DNA of 64,000 nucleotides from Balamuthia mandrillaris (Eukaryota): NCBI GenBank assembly GCA_031835245.2, contig JAVKOQ020000026.1, positions 124,001 to 188,000 of the forward strand, read 5' to 3'. Shown piece by piece: positions 25,701 to 36,106 of this stretch (position 1 is its first letter; each line of letters starts with the position of its first letter). The notes under the pieces were generated by a model. It saw only the letters and a program-made list of their open reading frames with translations, ran no database searches and was not told where the DNA came from. The position numbers and the translations under genes were made by a program.

Positions 25701-26152
25701 CTCACCCCTGCCCTTTCCATCTCCTCCAAAACGTTGCTCAGCGTTCCAGCTTGAAGGCGGCCCCCTGCCCCTTGTGCCAGCTCTTGCAGCTGTTGTTGTT
25801 TTTGCTTCCTCGTCCTGTCTTCTGCCCTGCGCTGCTCCCCCGAGTTCCAACGGTTGTTCGCTGCTGTGCCATCCACTGTTCGGGTGGATGTAAATGGTAT
25901 GAGTTGCGCAGAAGTGAGGCGGAAGAAGAAAGAAAGAAACGACAAGAAAGAAAGAAAGAAGAACAAAGAGAACAAGAAAGACATTTGCTAGCAAAGAGAG
26001 AACGAACCAGGACAGCCGCAAGAGGAGTGGTAATGGCAAACTGGGGGAACAACAGGAAGCGAACACAGGGGAAATCGAAGGCAGGCAGGCAGGAGGAAAG
26101 GCTTCCTCTGCACGGCCATGGCTATCACCCCACCACCACGTCGCAACAACAT
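22733..26152 (-). CDS. PLS-class pentatricopeptide repeat protein with E1-E2-DYW cytidine deaminase domain (putative organellar C-to-U RNA editing factor)
   Basis: Exon 1 at 26152-26008 (MLLRRGGGVIAMAVQRKPFLL..., basic, no acidic residues); phase-1 GT-AG intron at 26007-25876; exon 2 at 25875-22733 with six P-L-S triplets, P2-L2-S2, E1/E2, PG box (KKEPGRSWI), HSEKLA, CGDCH and terminal CSCGDYW. Confidence 0.95.
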
Positions 26153-26271
26153 CTTTGCCGCACACTACTCTGAAATATCAGGTCGACCCGATAAAAAACC
26201 AACACTAGTATGATGTCATATTAATCAGGGGAACCTGCTATATTGCCAAGAAACCACTAATCTTTCTGCGC

Positions 26272-26282
26272 TATATTTATAA
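26272..26282 (+). promoter_or_regulatory. TATA-like box upstream of small gene A
   Basis: TATATTTATAA lies ~105 nt upstream of the ATG at 26387. Confidence 0.45.
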
Positions 26283-26386
26283 TGAAAACAGAGTGCTTCA
26301 TTTTGTTACAACCAACCCAAAGACCGAAAAGTGTTTTTTAATCCATTGTTGGTGACCAAAACAAAAAAAAAAACAAACAAACAAAC

Positions 26387-26695
26387 ATGGCCTCCAAAAA
26401 GACGCACATCATTGTGTACAATGACACGAGAAAGACCGTCACCATCGGCACCAAGAACTTCATTGGCTGGCTCTCCACCGAGGACGTATCGCCCGGAAAG
26501 ACGTGGACCTACGACACAACGGACATCTTTGGCAACAAGTACATAAAGAACGTTCATTTTGTGCTGGGCGATAAGGAGATCTTTGCCCCGCTCACCTCTG
26601 CCGGCAAGTATAAGCTTTCGACGCTCCTCAGGGAAGCACAGGCCTTTTGCAAGATCAGTGAACTGGCAGCCGTCATCAACGACATCCTTGGCTAA
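26387..26695 (+). CDS. Uncharacterised 102-aa protein (tandem paralogue A)
   Basis: Intronless ORF with an A-rich leader (aaacaaacATG) and C-ending codon bias; ~67% identical to 26982..27293 by manual alignment. Confidence 0.85.
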   Translation: MASKKTHIIVYNDTRKTVTIGTKNFIGWLSTEDVSPGKTWTYDTTDIFGNKYIKNVHFVLGDKEIFAPLTSAGKYKLSTLLREAQAFCKISELAAVINDILG

Positions 26696-26884
26696 GCAAA
26701 ATACCCGGCAACTCTTTGTTTTTTTTTTTTTTGAAGAGAATAAGTGCAAGTGCAAAAAACAATTCCAAGTTTTAAAAATAAACAAAATAAATATAGACTC
26801 GCAACCAGTTCCGCTAAAGGAACAACGAAAAAGCCTTGGGCCGTCTATTTATTTAGTTTTGGTGTAGCCCGGTAACTCACCTCT

Positions 26885-26891
26885 TATAAAA
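26885..26891 (+). promoter_or_regulatory. TATA box upstream of small gene B
   Basis: TATAAAA lies ~90 nt upstream of the ATG at 26982. Confidence 0.5.
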
Positions 26892-26981
26892 CTGTAACTC
26901 CTTGCTCTCCCTTTCTTATCCGAACACACTCCGGTACAGCACAACACAAACAGACAGCAACGGCAAACAATTTGAGCAACA

Positions 26982-27293
26982 ATGTCCAAGTCTACTCACA
27001 TCATCGTCTACAATGACACTAGAAAGACCGTCAACATCGGCACCAAGAACTTCATCGGCTGGCTCTCCACCGAACCCCTGACTCCTGGAGAGACCTGGAC
27101 CTGGGACGCGACCGACTTTTTCGGCAACAAGTACGCCACCAACGTGTGGTTCAAGTTCGGAGACGACGAGATCTTCGCTCCGCTTATCTCTACCGGCAAG
27201 TACAACCTCTCCAAGCTGCTCAAGGTCGCCAAGGGCTTTCACAAAGCGGGTAAAATAGCTAACCTGATCGATGAAATCACCGGTCACTTATAA
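26982..27293 (+). CDS. Uncharacterised 103-aa protein (tandem paralogue B)
   Basis: Intronless ORF with strong actin-like codon bias; paralogue of 26387..26695; AT-rich 3' region with AATAAA. Confidence 0.85.
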   Translation: MSKSTHIIVYNDTRKTVNIGTKNFIGWLSTEPLTPGETWTWDATDFFGNKYATNVWFKFGDDEIFAPLISTGKYNLSKLLKVAKGFHKAGKIANLIDEITGHL

Positions 27294-27701
27294 ACGCAAC
27301 CCAAAGATTTTACAAAAATAAATATAAATATAATATAAATAATAAATGCTCTTCCTTCCGTGCATCAGAGTTTTGATTTTTTTTCTTCATCTTCTTCTGC
27401 ATCATCCTCTTCGTCCTCTTCTCCCTCCTTTCACAAACAACTGCCATGCAAAGATAGGCCAGATGGTGTGGGGCAACAGTTACAAGAAACAGAGGAATTA
27501 TTTATTCATAATTTGTCTACAAAAAATACCTCCACCAATCAGCTGAAAAAAACGGTCAGATGATCTCAGGCTGAGGAGCATTTGATCATTTTTGTAATTT
27601 TTTTCTTTTTCGCTTTTGAATAATTTAATACAGCGTTACGATCATAGTGTTGTTGTTGGGATCTATATTGCTACAAAAAAGAAAGCACGGAGAAGAACGA
27701 C

Positions 27702-29158
27702 ATGCTGGAGAACGCCAGCGAGCGCGCCGAAGAACCGCTGGGGGAGTTCCTTGAAGAGTACCTCTTGCAAGACCTGCAACCCATTTTCAATAAACATGGT
27801 ACCCCCCCATCTTTATGCGTTTTCCAGTTTCTCTTCTTCCTTGCGTTGGCTTGTTGGCATATATTTGTAACCCTTGTTGTGTACCAGAGATCAAAACAGT
27901 AGGGCAGGTCTCTCAAATGACCACACAAGAGCTTAGAAGGATCGGCATATGTTTCGGGGATTGTGCGTATATCCACAGCTGCTGCGAGGAACGGCGACAA
28001 AGAGGAGGTCGCTCAACCGTTCAAACCGCAAAACAGAAGAAGGAACAAGAGAGAGGAGGCAATGAGGAGGAAAAAAGACGACAACAACGCAAGTCCATTT
28101 TACAGGAGAAAAGAAAGAGCTATCGCACCATGTCATCGATCGCTTTGCAGCAACTCAAAACGTTGGATATGAATGCTGATATAATGGTGATGAAGGATGA
28201 GGCGACGACAACTGCAGAAGAACAAAGTCGGATAGAGAAGAAGCACAAGAAGAAAGCAAAAGAAAACGAGGAAGACGAACTGAAAGAGCGAAAACACGCC
28301 AAGGTTCGAATAGAAGAAAAAGTGAATGGCATGGGAGACAAAACTAAAGTAGAGGTAGGAGAAGCAACAAGAGAGACTGAGAACACGAAAGAGGACGATG
28401 CAAACAAAGAAGAACGCGAAGAAAACAAAAACGAACAAGAACAAGGAAAGGAAAAGGAAAAGGAAAAGGAAAAGGAAAAGGAAAAGGAAAAGGAAAAGGA
28501 AAAGGAAGAGGAAGAGGAAGAGGAAAAGGGAAGCGCAGAACGAGAAGGACGAGAACAAGACAAGCCAGAACGAGACGAAGGCTATCGAGAAAAAGAACAA
28601 GAGAAAGTTAAAGAAAAACAAGCAGGTGATAAAAGACAAGAAAAAGAAGAACGAGCGGAGCAGCCTCAAACGAACTCAAATGGAAACATTGCATCACCGC
28701 TTCAACAGAACGAGGAACGGATAGAAGAGAATCCTCAAACGACAGACGAAACAAACATTACTCAAACGAACAAGAAAAAGAAGAACAGACCCAAACACAA
28801 AAACACATCGAAAACAAACACCGAGAACAAAGAAGAAGCAAAGCAAACTGAAGAACCACAACAAAACCGACTAAAACGTGGCACGCTCTTCACAAAACCA
28901 ACAACACCAAGAAAAGAAGGACAAGAAGGAAAAATAAAGTTGGGGAGCGCACGCACGCCTTCACCGAGTCGTAGCTGGCGGAGCAGTCGCTCTCCATCTC
29001 CACCCTCTTCGGGTGTGCTGTCTTCCTCGTTCCCGAAAGGAAGAACGACGACGTTGCTGTTCAGTCATTCTCAACAACCGAGAGTGAACAGCTGGTTGGG
29101 TCCTCAACGCCGTAACCTCGTTAAGAAGAATCACGATAAAGGCGGTGACAATAAATAA
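27702..29158 (+). CDS. SAM-domain protein with a long charged low-complexity tail
   Basis: Exon 27702-27798, intron 27799-27887; spliced SAM-like LGEFLEEYLLQDLQPIFNKHEIKTVGQVSQMTTQELRRIGICFGDC; EK repeats. Confidence 0.65.
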
Positions 29159-29215
29159 ACTGGAAGAATCGATTGCTCGAACTTTCTTTGTTTTTTTGAT
29201 GATGAAGAGGAAAGT

Positions 29216-30399
29216 TTAGCCGAATGAAAACATGTTGTCTTCTTCATCGTCGTCGTTGTTGATGGAAGAGTCCTCCTCGTTGCTATTGCTGCTATTTACA
29301 TCAGGTTCGATGGTGATGATCTCGTCTTGCTCCTCCTCTTCCGTCTCTTCGTTCTCCGCTTTGCTTTTTTCTTTCTTGTTTTTGTTGCTGCTTTTTCGTC
29401 GTTGTTTATCTGATTGTCTTCGAACGGGTCGTTGTTGAAGTTGCGGTTTTTGTTGTGGTTGCGGTAGTTGCTGCTTTTGTTGGACGCCATCTTGTTCAGT
29501 AAGTGCTTCAGAGAGAAGAGTGGAGAGCTCGCTGACCCAACGTTTGGCCTCTGATGCTGATTTGGTAAAGAACTCATACTTTTTCTTCTTGTTGGTTTGG
29601 AAGCGAAAGACTCGACATTTGCTGTCTCCTGTTTTTGTAAAGAGAAGGACAAACATTAGAAATAAAGAACGAAAGATAGAAGGACAGAAAGAAAAGGAGG
29701 AAACATACGAGCATCAGCAAGAGTAATCATGTTCAAATCCGTCACGGGTATAACTTCCTTCACGTGCAACTTTGTTTCTTCCTTTTTGTTGCTCTTCGCT
29801 CTAGTGCCTTTCAGAAAGTCGAGTTTGTTCCAGTGATTGTGACTGCTGCTCGAAGGAATACAAAGCAACAAAGCACCATTGAACAGAACGAGATGATCCG
29901 ACAGCGATGACGAAGATGGGTTGGTTTCTTTCACCTTCTCTTTATCTTTTTCTGTTCCTCCTATTGTAGCAGAAGAGAGCAGATGTTTCTTGGAAGGATG
30001 ACCTTTGCCAACCGGTCCTTCGTAGACCAGCCTTCTCTTTCTAGACCAAGGAAGCTCCTCCACGTGTTTGCTGTTGTTGGCAAAGACTAAACGTTGGTCG
30101 AAGAAGCGCTGCACAACGGCCAATTGCTCTGACACTCGTTTGCGTTCGTTGATCTCCCGGGTGACTTGACGAATTCTGGTGTAGGCACTATCTAACATGC
30201 GATAACTTTCGGTGCCGCTGGTGCTCTTCTTGATCAAGTCTCGCAATAGCATTTCGTAGCGAGGCACTCGTTGGACGGGCATTATCAGGAAGGAGGGAAG
30301 ATCTTGGTAGTTACATTCTGGCTTGGCTTCACATTTCTTGATAGAAAAAGTTAGTGTTTGCGACGATAGGGAAGAGGATAAGAGCAGAGAGAACGAGAG

Positions 30400-30436
<37 letters not shown>

Positions 30437-33209
30437 AGAAGGAGAAACAAGAGACCTTAAGGAAGGCCGAAAAGGAAGGGTTTTTTTTGCAACGGTCGAG
30501 AGTGTCCAAAGCGTTGCCGTAGTTATCCACATAATGAGAATACAAAAATACAAAGTCGAACTGTATATCAAAAGTTATAAATAAGACAACTCGCGGAAGG
30601 AGGAAGAGAGGGGGATAGACCTGCAGAAAGAGATCAGCTACGCCATGTTTTTTGAAGACGTCCCAATTTTTTATACGCTGCTCAAGAACCTCCAAGAATC
30701 GTGTATGATGTTTGTGCAACTGCCTAACCACCGAAAAGATGGTACGAATCTCCGGCATTGTCACCCATTTCTTTGGAACTGCTTGCTGTTCAAGGGGTTC
30801 CAAGAAAATCTGTTTCAAACAAGTAAAGTTGGAGTATCAGAAGGAGAGTTAGCGCAAGAGAGAGAAGAGAAGTAGAGGGAGGGAGGGAGGGAGGAGGGAG
30901 GGAGGGAGGGAGGGAGGGAGGGAGGGAGGGAGGGAGGGAGGGAGGGAGGGAGGGAGGGAGGGAGGGAGGGAGGGGGGAGGAGGGAGGGAGGGAGGGAGGG
31001 AGGGAGGGAGGGAGGGAGGGAGGGAGGGAGGAGGGAGGGAGGGAGGGAGGGGAGGGAGGGAGGAGGGGGGGGAGGGAGGGAGGAGGGAGGGGAGGGAGGG
31101 AGGAGGGAGGGAGGAGGGAGGGAGGGAGGGAGGGAGGGAGGAGGGAGGGAGGGAGGGAGGGAGGAGGGAGGGAGGGAGGGAGGGAGGAGGGAGGGAGGGA
31201 GGGAGGGAGGAGGGGAGGGAGGGAGGGAGGGAGGGAGGGAGGGGGAGGAGGGAGGGAGGGAGGGAGGGAGGGAGGGAGGAGGGAGGGAGGGAGGGAGGGA
31301 GGGAGGGAGAAACAAACTCGAATGATTGTTGAGAGATGTCCAACATAATTCTGTTCGGTTACTAAAAGCTCAGACGCTATTCGCATCCTCTTCAACGCTG
31401 CATTATATCATGAAAAGGAGTCATCTCAAAGACCCAAAATATAAGAGAAAGTTAAAGAAGGAGGATACCTTTTTTCACGAGAAATCTTCGCACAACAGCT
31501 TGAGCAAGAATGACCTTCTTAAGATCCTTCGCTGTCACGCTGTCCGGCTGCCATCTTCTATAAAGCAGGGCCATTATGTTGGCAGTAGACTCCACTCTCT
31601 GCAGCAACGTCATCTCCTTCTGCAATTCCTCTTTAAGCCATCCATCGCCAACTGTCTTCCTGCGACTTTTTCGCGAGAGAGTCAAGTCTCCGCTTTTACT
31701 CATCAACGACTTGTTTATCATCGGTGTTATTGGTGCTGCGTTGTTGATGTTGTCTTTTTTTATCGTATTTGTCTCTTTGTTCTCGAGCGAAGGCCCAAAG
31801 TCAACCATGAAGCCCACAGCAGCTTTGTTCAGGTTTGGCGTTGATGACGAAGTTGAAGGAAGAACGTCTCCATTGCTCTTGAGGTTATTGGTTCTGTTGG
31901 CTTTCTCTCCACGAGGACTGAGAAGAGCGAGTACAGAGTCACTTGCCATGATTTCTTCTTCTGAGAGCAACGAGGGGAGGCGACGAAGGCGTAAAGCGGC
32001 AGTAAGATCCGCAGTGTGAGCTCGTGATCTTGGGAGGTCAACAAGTTGGTCCGTCTTGTCTTGGTGTTCTCCACCTTCCTTTGGAACTAAAACCGCATTG
32101 TTTGCTTCTTGTTCTCCTGTTTTTTCTTCTTTTTCCGTTTCTTCCTCTTCCTCCGTCAACGCCGTCATCTCTTCCTGTTGTTCTTCTTTTTTGTTTCCTT
32201 GAACTGCTCTCTCGCTGTTATCAATATTCTCTGTGAGTATGTCGTTCTCTGTTGTTTCTTTCTCTGATTGTTCGGGTGCGTCTGATGGAATAGAGTCTAG
32301 CTTCTCTTCATTTTGTTTAGACTCATTGCTATGTTCTTCTGTCTGTTCTTTCGCTTCTTGTGATTCTTTCGTTCCTTCATTCTCCTTTTCTTTTTCCTCT
32401 GCTCCTTGCTCTGACTCGTTTTCGGCTCTGATATCCTTTTCTTCACCTTCTTCTCTATTCTTCTCTTCCTGCTCCTCCTCCTCTTTTTCTCTTTGTTCTT
32501 GCGCTCTTGATGAGTCTGACATTATCTCAGCATCGCTTTCGGAGTCAGAAGCAGAGATTGGAGAATCTACTGCAAACACAGCAACGCCACTCCCAGGATT
32601 GCTGTTGGCGGCAGCCTTCATCAGAGCCTCCTGTCGAAGCCTTCTTCTTCGCTCTCTCCTTCTTTGGTTCCTTGTTCGCTTGCCGCCTCTCATGTCGCCT
32701 CCCATCAGCGGACTTAAACATTCTTCGCTCACTGGAGTGAGACTCCCGTCCTTCGATGTTTCGCTATCATCGTCTTCTTTCGGTTCTTCTTGCACTGGTA
32801 GTTGCACTTCTTCTTTCTTCTCTGCTGTCTCGTGTGCACTCTCCAGTTGTTCTTTTTGTTCTTGTCCCTCTTTCTCTTCTTCTACTTCTTTTGGTGTGAC
32901 TACCTCCTCTTTTGCTTCAATGTCATTTTGTTTCTTCCAGCCGGCAAAGGAGTCGATCAAGAAAAGGCAGTCACCCAACGCGATTCCACAACGACGGAGT
33001 TGCTCTTTGTCTTTTCCATCGAGGTCACTGACCTTATGGATCCCTTAAAGAACCAAAACAAGTACGAGAGAGGATAAAAGATTAAGATTTGACACAAAAA
33101 AAAAATGTAGTGAAAGAAGAGCAAAAAATAAAAACATGGTACCATTTTCTTGGAGGGAAGGCAAAAGGTCTTGAAGACCCAGTTCCTTCAACCACGGTTC
33201 CAGTTCCAT
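29216..33209 (-). CDS. SAM + IQ + DH (RhoGEF) + PH protein
   Basis: SAM: LEPWLKELGLQDLLP...LRRCGIALGD. IQ-like: ILAQAVVRRFLVKK. DH: RIASELLVTEQNYV...FLIMPVQRVPRYEMLLRDL. PH: RRLVYEG...HLVLFN...SASEAKRWVSEL. Confidence 0.88.
30875..31308. repeat. (GGAG)n polypurine tract, ~430 bp, intronic
   Basis: Pure G/A array inside an intron of the RhoGEF gene. Confidence 0.95.
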
Positions 33210-33574
33210 TCCGTCCACATATAAAAACAATGATAAAATAGAACAAGGAGAGAGAGAGAGGTCTTCCTTCTTTTTATTGCTTGTCTTTCTCTTCCTTTTG
33301 TTCTCTTATGAGGAGTCCTCTCCTATTGGTCCGCTTTGCTGTCGACAATGAATAATGAGCCGGGAATGATTGGAATGCAATTCGAGGAATTCACATTTCG
33401 GGAACATTCCATATTATTCCGCATGCTATTAGGATCATATCATCCTAATATCTGTGCAGGGCAGAGGAGAGAGGAGAGAGGATGGCGAGAAGAAAACGAA
33501 GGAGCAGGAGAAGCGAAACATAAGCCCAAGAGAAATGTTTTTTTTTTTTTGAAAAAAATATCGGAAAAGAAGAC

Positions 33575-33865
33575 TTAGTGAGGAAGGTTCATGAGGACGT
33601 TTGTTCCGCTGGGCAAGTAGACGACATTCCTGGAGCGAGCCAGCTCAGCGGCGATGTCCTTGGCGGCTTCGATACGACGAAGGGCAATGTAGCCAGGGCC
33701 GCTGGCCATGGCCTTGGCGATGAGGGCTGCAGACTCAGCCTCACCCTCGGCGATGATGATCTTGGCCAGCTTCTCTTGCTCGTTCTTCAGCACCACGAAC
33801 TTGGCTTGCTCGGCCAATTGTTGGGCTGTTGTTTATTGTTTTCGTTGTTGAAGTTTGATGAGAAA

Positions 33866-33902
<37 letters not shown>

Positions 33903-34251
33903 GAGTCAAATAATCAACGTACCAACTTGTTTGTGTTCAATGGCGCGCACGTACTCAGGACTGAAAGTCAAGTGGGTCTATTGTTTGAAGCATCGAAGAG
34001 TTAGAGAAGGGAGAATGAGTAAAGAGAGGAGTGAGCAAAGAGGGAAGAGAGGGCGTACAATGGCGACATCATCAAGAATAATACCGAAAGTACCGGCACG
34101 CTTCACCAAACGGCTTCGGATCTTTCTACTGATCTGTAGTGCGTGAAAAAGTACATGAGCACTTGAGTCTTTCGCAAACAAACAAAATGAGAAGAAAACG
34201 TACATCCTCTCGTCTAGAGATAAGCTCTGTGGCATTGTACTCGGCCTTTGT

Positions 34252-34288
<37 letters not shown>

Positions 34289-34909
34289 GAGAAATTAGTA
34301 AACAAGTGCAAAAGCGAAAACCTCAAAAAGGAAGAAGAAATAACGTACAACAACGGCTTTCAACACTTCGTTACCGACAGAGTTAAAGACGTTTGTGCTG
34401 TAGTCAGTGCCCAATCTCTGGTAAATGTATGGCAAACGCTTTTCCTCAGGTTTGTAAAGCACTCGCAGAGTGATCATCACACGCTGAAGATCTGAAATCG
34501 AAAAAATCGCCGCAAAGTCAGAAAAAAAACAACAGCCAGTTTTCCAAGTCAGAAAAAAAAAGAATAACAGACCTTTGCTTCCCGTTTCAGTGCGAATGTT
34601 GAAGGGAGTGGTCCGCACGTCGTATATGATGGGGTATTGAAGGAAAGGAATGAGGAAGTGAGTGCCAGGACCCACCACGAATTCTCGTGTACCGTTCCTG
34701 GTTTTGTCGAAAATCAAAGCTCTTTCACCACCGTCCACTGTTGGTTTTTTTTTTGGGCATGAGCGAGAGGGAAAGAGGAGAAAGAGTGACATAAAAGTGG
34801 AGTGAAGCGTACCGGTATACATGGACTCATTGATGCTGTAGCCTACCACACCGAGGGCAGCTGCGCCAATGGCGATTCTGTTCAATAAAGGGACGAATTG
34901 CTGGGCCAT
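33575..34909 (-). CDS. PHB1: Prohibitin (PHB1-like), multi-exon
   Basis: YTVDGGERALIFD; GTHFLIP; TGSKDLQ; GNEVLKAVVAEYNATELI; FGIILDDVAITHLTF; IIIAEGEAESA; LRRIEAAKDIA...SRNVVYLP. Confidence 0.92.
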
Positions 34910-36106
34910 GATTAGTTTTGTTTTGGTGTGCGCGCGCGTGTTCTTCTAATCAACAGCTACTCCAATCTGTGAAAGATTAGTGTTATTCGCATGGAAAAAG
35001 GTGAGTGAGAGATCTCATCAATCAAACAAACAAAAAAAACGTAGTGAACAGTCCGTTTTGACTGCGAAAACAAAGGAACGGAGAAAAAAAATTACAAAAA
35101 AGATGAGAAACACAAAAACCCAGATCCAAACGATAAGGGTTTATCAAAAAAAAAAAGCAGGCAATCCACTGACAAACAAACAAACAGAGAAGAGAGGCAG
35201 CAACACTCCGACGTACTCACCTCTCACCCAAATCCCCCTTTTTTATGCCTTTCTGTTTTTTTGTGTTCGGATTTTAAAAAGTTAAAGAATGCCAAGAATG
35301 CATCAAATTTTGTAATTCCAGGAATTTTCGTTTCGGCTTCTTTGTGATCGATGTACGCTGACCAAATAAGGAGTTCGAACGGAAAAAGGTAATTTAAGGC
35401 AGATCTTACGCAATTGCCAGCTCTTAACTTCGGAATGGCCGTAACCTTTACGTTTTCACCGGAAATCACCGTGCAAAGACTGGTATTCTGCAGTGTTGTT
35501 GGGCGTCCGCCTCTCTGTCTGGGGCGACGGCGCTATGGTGAAGTGAGTGGCGACGCCGGTAGGACCATCAGACCACGCACACCTTCTCTTACGAGGTCAC
35601 TCTACCCAGGGAGGGTGACTGCTTTGTTTGTTTAACATTCTCAATGGGGTGAGAGAAAAAAAAAGTGGTGGCGACTTCGAAATGGAAATTCTATCTAAAT
35701 TTCTAAAAAGAAAAAGAAAACCAGGAAAAAGAAAAGAAACGTTCACTCCCAAAAACCAACAAAAGGTAATTCCTCAGCACCTCGGTCAACATTGCCCTTA
35801 TTTATTTTTATTTTCGGCCACCCACAAAAAGTAAAAAAAAAAAAAAAAAAAAAAAAGAGTAATCCATCCCTCTTCTTGGTTGGAAAAGAAAAAGTAGACC
35901 TCTTCTCTTCTCTCTCCGCTCGGCAAAGAAAGATTTTTTTTTTACCCAAGTCACACGCAGAAAAAAGGTAGGAGAGAAGGCAGAAAGACCTTTTTTCTTT
36001 TTTAGACCCACTACGCTTTTGCTACTCTCTTTTTTGTTAAGAAAAATTATATTTGTCTCCAACAAAAAATAAAATTGAGTGCAGAAGAGAAGGAGGAGAA
36101 GACCAA

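Noticed and set aside
23124..25754. 876-aa plus-strand ORF (and other frames) overlapping the PPR gene
   Set aside because: Antisense shadow of a GC-rich repetitive CDS; it has no independent motifs.
26387..27293. Small genes as MORF/RIP-type editing cofactors
   Set aside because: Similar size only; no resemblance to the MORF box and no targeting peptide.
30790..31395. Pro/Ser/Leu-rich ORFs
   Set aside because: Translations of the intronic (GGAG)n tract.
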